Below are positions 8,586 to 16,612 of a stretch of 28,171 nt of DNA, one piece after another (within the stretch, counting starts at the first letter, position 1; each line of letters begins with the position of its first letter). Both the position numbers and the translations under genes were made by a program. The stretch spans positions 1 through 28,171 of the forward strand of contig JBMFOM010000014.1 of assembly GCA_049969615.1 (NCBI GenBank). Direction: 5' to 3'. The stretch is from a candidate division WOR-3 bacterium. Its GTDB lineage: Bacteria > Hydrothermota > Hydrothermia > JBDRYB01. The notes beneath the pieces were generated by a model, which saw only the letters and a program-made list of their open reading frames with translations, did not search any database and was not told the origin of the DNA.

Positions 8586-8987
8586 ATGAGGCGATTATTC
8601 CTCTTGTTATTTGTGATAATGGCTTGCGAGCCGCTAAACGAGGAGTCCCCCATAGAGGAACAGAACATTTATCATGGGAGGCTCACGGTGGCCTCAGGAA
8701 CCTATGAAGCCATGTTGTTCAAGGCGCAGACTGGTGATAGCATCCTGGGCGGGGCCAGGAAACTGACCGGTTCAAACTTCACCTTTTTCTGGGCAACGGA
8801 TGTGGAGTTCCAGGAGTGGATGTCCTCTGGCGACCAGAACGGACTCATAAACTACACCGAAAATGTCTCAGAGGTGAGTGTTGCTGGTTCTATACCCTCT
8901 AACGGCAACTACTATGTGGTCTTCTACGCGCCTGTGGGTCAGACCAACCTGGATGTCAGGTTCAAAACGAGGAGATGGAAGGAATGA
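8586..8987 (+). CDS. Hypothetical lipoprotein
   Basis: MRRLFLLLFVIMAC lipoprotein signal; beta-rich body with GNYYVVF; stop overlaps the next ATG (ATGA). Confidence 0.75.
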   Translation: MRRLFLLLFVIMACEPLNEESPIEEQNIYHGRLTVASGTYEAMLFKAQTGDSILGGARKLTGSNFTFFWATDVEFQEWMSSGDQNGLINYTENVSEVSVAGSIPSNGNYYVVFYAPVGQTNLDVRFKTRRWKE

Positions 8988-10501
8988 CAGCGATAACCCT
9001 TTTACTGACAGCCCTGCCGGAGAGGCTAGCCCCGTCACCGGTCCCATGGGACAAGGTTGAGGAGAGAAAGCTCGCGCTCACGTCCGAGATGATTACACTG
9101 GACACGGCCTACGCCCTTAGGAATCTGGGCAATCCGGACTATTGGCGAGATGCTGTTCCGGGCCGTTTCATTGTCAGATACCAACACGGTGCTGATCCGC
9201 TCGCAATAGCCGCGGATCTGTCGGTTTTTGGTGCCAAGGTGGTCAAGAGGAGCAAAACCGGGGCGGACTTCGTGGTCGTGGAGATCAACGATCCATCCGT
9301 GGAAACAGGCGCGGATTTCATCAGGACAGCATATGCACACCCGGATATCCTCTGGACAGAACCCCTTTTCAGGGCAAGGGCGTTCTTTACGCCAAATGAT
9401 CCCTACTGGACGGACCAGTGGGGGCCCTATGTGATGTATATGGACCTCGCCTGGGACCAAAGCCGGGGCTCAAAGACCGTGGTTGTTGGAGTAGTTGATC
9501 AGGGGGTTGACTACAACCATCCCGACCTCGCGGCCAACTTCGGTTCAAGCAAAGGCTATGATTTCGTTGACGAGGACTCGGACCCGTTTCCGGATAATCC
9601 ATATGAAGAGACCCATGGCACGCATGTCTCCGGCACAGTCGCTGGTGTCCTGAACAACGGGGTTGGCGTCTGTGGCATGGCCAACATAACCCTGCTCTCG
9701 GCGAGGGTCCTGGACGAATCCGGTTCCGGCACCTATGACGATGTTACGGACGGAATAAGGTGGTGTGCGCAACAGGGTGTCCGTGTCATATCAATGAGTC
9801 TAGGCGGTTCATCTGGTTCCGCTACCCTTGAGGAGGCGATCAACTATGCTTATGACACCATGGGAGTCCTCATAGTAGCTGCGGCTGGCAACGATGGCAT
9901 GGGAGAGGTATCCTATCCGGCCACCTATGCGGCTTGCATAGCGGTTGGCGCGCTAGACACAACTGGCGACCGGGCCTGGTTCTCAAACTATGGCTACGCG
10001 CTTGATGTTATGGCTCCTGGCGTTGGGATTATCTCAACGGTTCCCATGTCCAGCTATGACATCTATGATGGCACATCCATGGCGACACCCCATGTCTCGG
10101 GCCTTTCAGCCCTCCTTTTTTCTGTCAACTCCTCCCTCACCAACAAGGACGCCAGGACAATACTGGAGGGGACATGCGTGGACATGGGCGATGCTGGCTG
10201 GGACATGTTCACCGGCTACGGCCTCGTTGATGGCCACGCCGCTGTCATAGTCGCGCAGTCCTGGGGTCCGGCAAACCTGATCCCGGACAAAATAATCCTG
10301 AAGCAGAACCCAGCGAGGGGCACTGCGCGCTTCATCATCCCCTTCCCGGAGCCGGGGTTTTCCCTTTCAATATATGATATATCCGGAAGGCTCATGGACA
10401 GGGTGCCCGTGAGGCAGATGATGGCCTCCTGGACCGCGCCTGGCGCGGGCGTTTATTTCGCGACGTTCGGAACCAGGATGGTTAGCTTTATCGTTGAATA
10501 A
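8984..10501 (+). CDS. S8 subtilisin/thermitase-like serine protease with a T9SS type A-like C-terminal domain (alternative start 8975)
   Basis: Triad VVDQG / HGTHVSG / GTSMATPHV, oxyanion AAAGN, propeptide before PNDPYW; CTD with QNP...IYDISGR...GVYF. Confidence 0.93.
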   Translation: MTAITLLLTALPERLAPSPVPWDKVEERKLALTSEMITLDTAYALRNLGNPDYWRDAVPGRFIVRYQHGADPLAIAADLSVFGAKVVKRSKTGADFVVVEINDPSVETGADFIRTAYAHPDILWTEPLFRARAFFTPNDPYWTDQWGPYVMYMDLAWDQSRGSKTVVVGVVDQGVDYNHPDLAANFGSSKGYDFVDEDSDPFPDNPYEETHGTHVSGTVAGVLNNGVGVCGMANITLLSARVLDESGSGTYDDVTDGIRWCAQQGVRVISMSLGGSSGSATLEEAINYAYDTMGVLIVAAAGNDGMGEVSYPATYAACIAVGALDTTGDRAWFSNYGYALDVMAPGVGIISTVPMSSYDIYDGTSMATPHVSGLSALLFSVNSSLTNKDARTILEGTCVDMGDAGWDMFTGYGLVDGHAAVIVAQSWGPANLIPDKIILKQNPARGTARFIIPFPEPGFSLSIYDISGRLMDRVPVRQMMASWTAPGAGVYFATFGTRMVSFIVE

Positions 10502-10516
10502 AAGGAGGTTTTTGAT

Positions 10517-11500
10517 ATGATGGCCCTGGCATTGCTGTTTGCTCAGGCCCCTTCTCACCACTTGGGGTTCTGGTTGAACAACTGGTATTATTACGAGGGC
10601 ATCTTCAGGGATTCGCTCGCTGGCGACCCCATGAAGGACTACGCGCTCTATGACACCACCAAGATACTGGAGGAATTTACCTACAACGGTCACCACGCCC
10701 TATCCGTTTATGCGAAGGATTCCGCGCACTCGCCCACCTGGGGGGATACCCTGATGATCAAGGGGGACACGGTGTATGACTCAATACCTTGGCTCATGCT
10801 CCTCAGCGATGTTGCCGGGGACACGACCGTGACCCTCTGGGCATACAAGACTCCGCTTGTAGTCGGAGAATCATGGTCAACTGGCCTCGCCGGCAAATAC
10901 ACCTGGGATATTGATGGGGATTTCACAGACGATACCATAGTGGTTAGGGTGGACTCGGCATATGTGGAGGCTCATGAGGTCAAAACCGTACCAGCTGGAA
11001 GCTTCAACTCATTCAGGATCTATGTGAAAACGAGGGCATCGGTGACCTGGGTTTCCGGCTCAGCGGATACCGGACAGATAAGAACTGACCGCTATGAATG
11101 GTGGTGCGTGGATACCGGCATGGTGGCTGACTCATCCTTCACTCAATACATAGGCTTTTATGGCAATATCCCCATCCCGCTTTACTACGAGTGGAGGACC
11201 CACAACTTGGTTGACTATCATGTGGGCATCGCGGAAAAGCCAGGGGCCGGAGGCGCTTTCAGATTCCTCGTCCAGACAACGCAGAAGGGTGCGAGCTTCA
11301 TCTTTAGCCTTCCGTCAGACGGCGAGGGAACCCTGATCGTCTATGATGTATCCGGCAGAGAGATTGAGACCCTCTCGTTCAGGGGCACCAGGGGAGAGAA
11401 CTCCGTTGACTGGAACGGTAAACCTGGAGTCTATTCGGTTGTTCTGAGATTTTCGGGGAGGATGCTCAAGAGCGTGTTCGTGATAAGCCGAAACCCATGA
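10517..11500 (+). CDS. Secreted hypothetical protein with a T9SS type A-like C-terminal domain
   Basis: AGGAGG RBS; short hydrophobic N-terminus; TVPAGSF beta-rich domain; linker VGIAEKP, then VYDVSGR...W...PGVY...K CTD. Confidence 0.78.
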   Translation: MMALALLFAQAPSHHLGFWLNNWYYYEGIFRDSLAGDPMKDYALYDTTKILEEFTYNGHHALSVYAKDSAHSPTWGDTLMIKGDTVYDSIPWLMLLSDVAGDTTVTLWAYKTPLVVGESWSTGLAGKYTWDIDGDFTDDTIVVRVDSAYVEAHEVKTVPAGSFNSFRIYVKTRASVTWVSGSADTGQIRTDRYEWWCVDTGMVADSSFTQYIGFYGNIPIPLYYEWRTHNLVDYHVGIAEKPGAGGAFRFLVQTTQKGASFIFSLPSDGEGTLIVYDVSGREIETLSFRGTRGENSVDWNGKPGVYSVVLRFSGRMLKSVFVISRNP

Positions 11501-11555
11501 AAAATCCCCCTAAGAGAGCATTTACTCAGGGTTCTTTTTTATCTACGATGAGACT
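11490..11555 (-). repeat. Dispersed repeat fragment F (core and right arm), overlapping the upstream stop codon
   Basis: Reverse strand AGAACCCTGAGTAAATGCTCTC...GGGATTTTTCATGGGTTTC matches about 3729-3770. Confidence 0.78.
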
Positions 11556-11590
11556 CCCAGATGGGGACCAAGCAGACCAGGAGCCTATCT

Positions 11591-12559
11591 CTAGTCCTCG
11601 ATCACCTCATAAATAAAGGTTTGGCTTGAGCTCAGGATGTAGCAGAAGTTTCCATCATACACTATATCCCTGGCGGAGCCGTCTATCACGGAAGAGGATG
11701 CTACCTCGCTTGGGCCGTCCGGGCCCTCAACAACTGCTATGAAAGACCTGCCCTGGCCAGTCACCTTCGTGGCCGTGAAGGCATACTCCCCATCAAACCA
11801 GGCCGCATATGGGTCACCTGATGGTTTGAAGGTGGAGATAACTCTCATGGAGGATGGATTGTTTATATCAACGAAAGCCAAACCCTGCGAGCCGGAGACC
11901 ACAGCGGTTGTCCCAGAGATGTGAATATCCTCGCCGGAGACGGACAGGCTGATGGTATCAGCCAGGGCCGGGCTTCCGGGAGTTGAGACATCAACGGCCC
12001 AGAGCTTCTGATCAAATGGCCCAGTGAGATAGACATAATTGCCGGATTTCCAGATCTCCTGAACATCGGCGCCGAGGTTCAGGCTTGCTATCTTGGACAT
12101 CCCGCCGGGGTTAGTCACATTGTAGATGAAGAGGCCGGAGTCCCCCGCGGCCACATAGGCATAGTTGCCATCAACATAGATTCCCCATAGATCGCGTGTT
12201 AAGAGCCAGCCTATCACGGTCGGGTTCTTGGGATTTCCGACATCAATCGCAAAAATAGCACCCAATGTAGCGTTGTAGCCTACCGCGAAAGCGGTTGTTC
12301 CCTTCACGGATACATCCTGGAAGATGACATTCGTATTCTCGTATTTGCCTACCTCAGAGGGGGTGGCAACGCTTGAGACATCAACGATGGAGAGCTTGTG
12401 CTCCGTGGCCACATAGAGGTAGTTGCCCTGCACGGTTATGTGATTGCCGCCGAAAGCGAGTCCACCTCTCTGGGTCAGGGTGACGGGAGGGGTCTCGTCG
12501 CCACCTCCGCAGCCCCAAAGCCCTATTGCCAAGCCAATGAATCCTGCTATCCTCTTCAT
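11591..12559 (-). CDS. LVIVD-repeat lipoprotein (probable beta-propeller)
   Basis: Lipobox LWGC; repeated units such as GNYLYVA...LSIVDVS, GNYAYVAAGDSGLFIYNVTNP and GLAFVDINNP. Confidence 0.88.
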   Translation of the reverse strand: MKRIAGFIGLAIGLWGCGGGDETPPVTLTQRGGLAFGGNHITVQGNYLYVATEHKLSIVDVSSVATPSEVGKYENTNVIFQDVSVKGTTAFAVGYNATLGAIFAIDVGNPKNPTVIGWLLTRDLWGIYVDGNYAYVAAGDSGLFIYNVTNPGGMSKIASLNLGADVQEIWKSGNYVYLTGPFDQKLWAVDVSTPGSPALADTISLSVSGEDIHISGTTAVVSGSQGLAFVDINNPSSMRVISTFKPSGDPYAAWFDGEYAFTATKVTGQGRSFIAVVEGPDGPSEVASSSVIDGSARDIVYDGNFCYILSSSQTFIYEVIED

Positions 12560-12684
12560 GTAAATCGCTCCTTGTTCGCGGGAATATTATACTCCATGAC
12601 CGTATGCCTCTGCCAAACGACCGAATAAAAGCTATATAACGCGCTTTGTGAATCACACCGCAAAAGCCGGACAGGGGCCCCGCC

Positions 12685-13758
12685 CTACATCCTGAACTCT
12701 ACGCCCAGCTCTTCGCCTATCTTCTTAAGCTCCTCCACGGTGGGTTCATCAAGGGGAACCTGTGTCCTGTTGCGCTCCTCAGCGAGCCACTCCTTCTCTC
12801 CGGCTATCCAGATGCGCTCCGCTCCCTCCTGCTTTGGCGCGTCCTTTAACATCCGGATGAAAGAGTCCATCCTGGCCTTGAACTCATCCAGGTCAACGAA
12901 TGCCGTCGGGTCAATTGCCGCGAGAAAGTGGCAGACACCAGGAGGCGCGCCCTTGGTGCCATAGACCTCTGTGCCAACGGCCCCGAGGCTCAAGGCACCG
13001 GAGAGGATGTCCAGTATGGCCGAGAAGTCGTATCCCTTGTAGCCAGCGCCCTCCTCGCCTGAACCACCCAGCGGTGCGAGACCACCGCCAGTCCGCTCAA
13101 TCATGTTCTTGAGAACCCTCACCGGGTCAGAGGTGGGCGCGCCTGTCTCGTCAGTCGCCCACGAGAGAGGCATCTCTTTCTTGAGCCGGGCATAGACCTC
13201 CAGCTTTCCTCTGGGGACGGTTGTGGTGGCCCCGTCAAAGAAGAATGGTTTCTCCTTTCCGGCGGGCACAGCGAAGGCAACGGGGTTCGTGCCGAGTATG
13301 ACGGTCCTTCCAAATGTCGGAACCATAAGGGGCGCGGAGTTCGTTATGGATATGCCGATAAGGTTTTTCTCAAGGGCCATCTTCGCGTAGTAGCCAGCTA
13401 TTCCGTAATGATTGGAATTGCGGATGGAGGCCGCGGCAATCCCGGATTTTTTGGCCTTGTCTATGACCAGCTCCATCACCTTCTTCGCTATGACCTGGCC
13501 GAGACCCGCGTTGCCGTCCACCAAAAGGGTAGTCGGTGTCTCCCTCAGGATGGTATGAGTGGCCTTCGGATCTATGGTTCCGGCCTGAATGTCTTTCACA
13601 TAGCGTCCTAGCCTGGCGACGCCGTGAGATGGTATATCTCTCCTGTCAGAGAGTATGAGCACATCAGCGGTTATCTCCGCGTGCTCCCTCGGCGTCCCAA
13701 GCTTCTCAAGGACGGTTATCACAAAATTTCTCAGTGGTTCTATACCGACATCGGGCAT
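12685..13758 (-). CDS. Ldh_2 family NAD(P)H-dependent 2-hydroxyacid dehydrogenase (ComC/AllD/YbiC-like)
   Basis: SHGVARL, DGNAGLGQ, RNSNHYG, LGTNP, GYKG; GGAGG before ATG 13758 (alternative start 13782). Confidence 0.9.
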   Translation of the reverse strand: MPDVGIEPLRNFVITVLEKLGTPREHAEITADVLILSDRRDIPSHGVARLGRYVKDIQAGTIDPKATHTILRETPTTLLVDGNAGLGQVIAKKVMELVIDKAKKSGIAAASIRNSNHYGIAGYYAKMALEKNLIGISITNSAPLMVPTFGRTVILGTNPVAFAVPAGKEKPFFFDGATTTVPRGKLEVYARLKKEMPLSWATDETGAPTSDPVRVLKNMIERTGGGLAPLGGSGEEGAGYKGYDFSAILDILSGALSLGAVGTEVYGTKGAPPGVCHFLAAIDPTAFVDLDEFKARMDSFIRMLKDAPKQEGAERIWIAGEKEWLAEERNRTQVPLDEPTVEELKKIGEELGVEFRM

Positions 13759-13810
13759 GTTACCTCCAGTGGGGGCGTTCATGTTGAATCCCCGTTATGA
13801 TCTTCAAGGT

Positions 13811-15013
13811 TTATTTGCTTATATGTTTGTCCACGACCTCAGCTATGGTCTTGCCTATGTTTAGGGCTGCCGTGGCCGCGGGGCTGGGCGCATTGAGCAC
13901 ATTCACGACCCTCTCGGACTCCTGTATGACGAAATCATCAACCATTTTGCCATCACGGGATATGGCCTGGGCCCTCACCCCCGCGGGGGCCGGAACAAGC
14001 ATGTCGCCGGTGACATCGGGAACCAGCCTCTGTAGGGCCTTCACGAAAGCGGCCTTGTTGAAGGAACGCCACATCTCTCCCATGCCTATCTTCATGTATT
14101 TGCCCGCTATCTTCCAGAGTCCAGGATAAAAAACGGACTCGCAGAGGTCTCTGATGTTTATCGTGAGCTTGTTGTAGCCCTCCCTCGCGAAAGCGAAAAC
14201 CGCGTTGGGACCACAATCAACCCCGCCGTGTATCTTTCTAGTGAAGTGAACCCCAAGGAATGGGTATTCCGGGTTTGGGACAGGATATATCAGGTTTTTG
14301 ACCAAATACCAGAACTCAGGCTTTATGTCATAGTATTCTCCCCTGAATGGAACTATCTTGACAGCGGGGTGTTCGCCGGCCATTCTGGCTATTCTGTCCG
14401 AATGGAGTCCCGCGCAGTTGATCATGAGCTTGGCAGAGAAATCCCCAGCTTTTGTCGTTATGACAACTTCGCTGGATGAACGTTTTATGCCGATGACCTT
14501 TGCCTTTGTAAGGACCTTACCCCCGCGTTCCTCTGTTCGTTTGGCAAGCCGGTAGCAGACTTCCTTGAAATCAATTATGCCTGTATCCCTGACATGAAAC
14601 GCCGCCACGCCGGCCGCATGAGGTTCAAGCTCCTTCAAGCGCTCTAGGCTTATCTTCTCGCAGTCAACACCGTTTGCCTTTGCCCTCTCGTAGATCATCT
14701 CCATGCTGGGGATTTCTTCCTTGGTTACGGCGACCACAACCTTGCCGCATATCTCGTATTTGATGCTTTCCTCATCACAGAACCTAAACATGAGTTCACG
14801 GCCCTGCCGGCAGTTTATGGCCTTCAGGGAACCGGGTTTGTAATAGACGCCAGCGTGGAGAACGCCGGAGTTGTGTCCGGTCTGGTGGTGAGCCAGATCC
14901 GCCTCCTTCTCAAGGACCACGACCTTCAACTCGGGCCTGTGTTGGGTTATCTGCCAGGCTGTTGCCAGCCCGACAATACCTCCACCGATAACGGCTACAT
15001 CCGCCTTTTCCAT
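13811..15013 (-). CDS. lhgO: L-2-hydroxyglutarate oxidase/dehydrogenase (FAD)
   Basis: GGGIVG, HQTGHNSGVLHAGVYYKPGSLKA, PFRGEYY, IYPVP..PFLGVHFT, GPNA, AGVRAQA, NAPSPAATA. Confidence 0.93.
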   Translation of the reverse strand: MEKADVAVIGGGIVGLATAWQITQHRPELKVVVLEKEADLAHHQTGHNSGVLHAGVYYKPGSLKAINCRQGRELMFRFCDEESIKYEICGKVVVAVTKEEIPSMEMIYERAKANGVDCEKISLERLKELEPHAAGVAAFHVRDTGIIDFKEVCYRLAKRTEERGGKVLTKAKVIGIKRSSSEVVITTKAGDFSAKLMINCAGLHSDRIARMAGEHPAVKIVPFRGEYYDIKPEFWYLVKNLIYPVPNPEYPFLGVHFTRKIHGGVDCGPNAVFAFAREGYNKLTINIRDLCESVFYPGLWKIAGKYMKIGMGEMWRSFNKAAFVKALQRLVPDVTGDMLVPAPAGVRAQAISRDGKMVDDFVIQESERVVNVLNAPSPAATAALNIGKTIAEVVDKHISK

Positions 15014-15044
15014 GTCTCAAACCTCCCCTTTCGGAAGGGCCAGT

Positions 15045-15074
15045 ATTATGAGGCCGTGGGGTGGTTCCGGACAA
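15045..15074 (-). promoter_or_regulatory. Putative promoter of the lhgO-Ldh_2 operon
   Basis: TTGTCC, 18 bp spacer, CATAAT; GGAGG RBS before ATG 15013. Confidence 0.5.
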
Positions 15075-15106
15075 CCCGACGCGCCAAGCTGGCTATAGCC
15101 CAGATT

Positions 15107-15190
15107 GGGTCCCCTCTTAGAAACCTGTTCTCTTAAACAAAGTGCTCCTGGCTCAACCAGTAAGTTATCGCTACTTTATCAGGGGTCTCC
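15107..15190 (+). repeat. Dispersed repeat fragment C (right extension), contiguous with promoter copy 4
   Basis: TTAGAAACCTGTTCTCTTAAACAAAGTGCTCCTGGCTCAACCAGTAAGTTATCGCTACTTTATCAGGGGTCTC aligns with 3780-3853 and the reverse of 27888-27970. Confidence 0.85.
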
Positions 15191-15196
15191 AAATAT

Positions 15197-15225
15197 TTGA
15201 TCCTGCGTAGGATGTGAGTTATAAT
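15197..15225 (+). promoter_or_regulatory. Conserved promoter cassette, copy 4 (M16 operon)
   Basis: TTGATC-CTGCGTAGGATGTGAGT-TATAAT with 17 bp spacer. Confidence 0.75.
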
Positions 15226-15252
15226 TTTCAGCAATTGGTAGGAGGACCTGTT

Positions 15253-16605
15253 TTGATAGGAGTCTTCTTTATGATTATGGCGGCGGTGCTCCCAGAGGTT
15301 AAGCCAGTGAAGTTCACGACCAGGACACTGGACAATGGACTCACGATCATAGTCGTGGAGGACCATTCCGCGCCCACGGTCGCAGTCCAGGTCTGGTATA
15401 AGGTTGGTTCAAGGAATGAGTCCTACAGTGAGACTGGTATGGCGCACATGACCGAACACATGATGTTCAAGGGGTCAGCCAATGTCCAGGGCAGGTATTC
15501 AGAGATAATAGACCAACTCGGCGGTTCTGACAACGCTTTCACGGACAAGGATGTCACGGTTTATCATTGCGTTGTGCCCGCGGACGCCATTGATGTGCCG
15601 CTGATGCTTGAGGCAGACAGGATGACAAACCTGGTTTTCACGGAGTTCCCCTCTGAGCGCGATGTCGTCATGGAAGAACGCAGGTGGAGAACTGATAACA
15701 GTCCCTTTGGCACAGCTTGGGAGAATCTGTGGGCGACAGCCTACATGGTTCACCCATACAGGCACCCGGTCATTGGCTGGGGATCGGTTATCTCGGAATT
15801 CAACCTAGATGGGCTCAGAAAGTTCTACGAGACTTTTTACAGACCGGATAACGCCATATTGGTTATCGCCGGAGATGTGAAGTCCGACGACGCTATTGCC
15901 CTCGCTAACAAGCACTTTGGGAAGATACCGCGCCCGACAGTGCCTATTCCCGCTGTCACGGCCAAGGAGCCACCCCAAAAGGGCGAGAGGCGAACCACAG
16001 TATACAAGGAGGGTTTCATAAGCATATACCTTTCCGCGTATCACATTCCTGGGGCAAACGACCCCGAAATCCCGGCACTTGATGTCCTAGCAACCCTGCT
16101 TGGCGGTGGAAAGAGCTCGCGGCTATACAGGAAGGTTGTCCAGGAACAGGAGTTGGCGACCTCTGTATGGGCATATACAGACGAAAGCATTGATCCGGGC
16201 CTCCTCATCATAGGTGCTGTCCTCCAGCAGGGCAAGGACCCGAAGGATGTTGAGAAGGCGGTGGACGGGGAGATACTCCGCATAAAGGAGGGCGGGGTTT
16301 CTGGCGATGAGCTGAACAAGGCCTCACGGCAGGCACTTGCGGACTTCATATATGGTCAGGAATCGGCATCCGGCACAGCTTTCTCCGTGGGGAGCGCGGC
16401 CGCTGTCCAGAATGATCCGAACTATGTCAATCAGTATCCGGAGAGGGTCGCGGCGGTAACCACGGAGGATGTTATAGGTGTTGCCAGAAAATATCTGGTT
16501 CAAGAGAACAGGTCAGTCGTGACCCTGCTCCCGAAGGCTCCTGAGAACATAAGCGAATACATAAAGATGATGGGAGAGGGGCAGAAGAAGGAATTCAAAT
16601 ACTAG
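15253..16605 (+). CDS. M16B zinc peptidase, catalytic subunit (start TTG 15253 or ATG 15271)
   Basis: LDNGL, VGSRNE..TGMAHMTEHMMFKGS (HXXEH), NAFT, EERR, YRPDNA, SSRLY; AGGAGG precedes the TTG. Confidence 0.92.
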   Translation: MIGVFFMIMAAVLPEVKPVKFTTRTLDNGLTIIVVEDHSAPTVAVQVWYKVGSRNESYSETGMAHMTEHMMFKGSANVQGRYSEIIDQLGGSDNAFTDKDVTVYHCVVPADAIDVPLMLEADRMTNLVFTEFPSERDVVMEERRWRTDNSPFGTAWENLWATAYMVHPYRHPVIGWGSVISEFNLDGLRKFYETFYRPDNAILVIAGDVKSDDAIALANKHFGKIPRPTVPIPAVTAKEPPQKGERRTTVYKEGFISIYLSAYHIPGANDPEIPALDVLATLLGGGKSSRLYRKVVQEQELATSVWAYTDESIDPGLLIIGAVLQQGKDPKDVEKAVDGEILRIKEGGVSGDELNKASRQALADFIYGQESASGTAFSVGSAAAVQNDPNYVNQYPERVAAVTTEDVIGVARKYLVQENRSVVTLLPKAPENISEYIKMMGEGQKKEFKY

Positions 16606-16612
16606 GAGTCCC

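Noticed and set aside
10499-10519. Stop-codon readthrough fusing the S8 protease to the next in-frame ORF
   Set aside because: The stop is TAA, the next gene has a strong SD, and each protein has its own terminal sorting domain.
12647-12657. TGTGA-A-TCACA as a CRP or Rex operator
   Set aside because: The 1-bp half-site spacing fits neither CRP (TGTGA-N6-TCACA) nor Rex (TTGTGAA-N4-TTCACAA).
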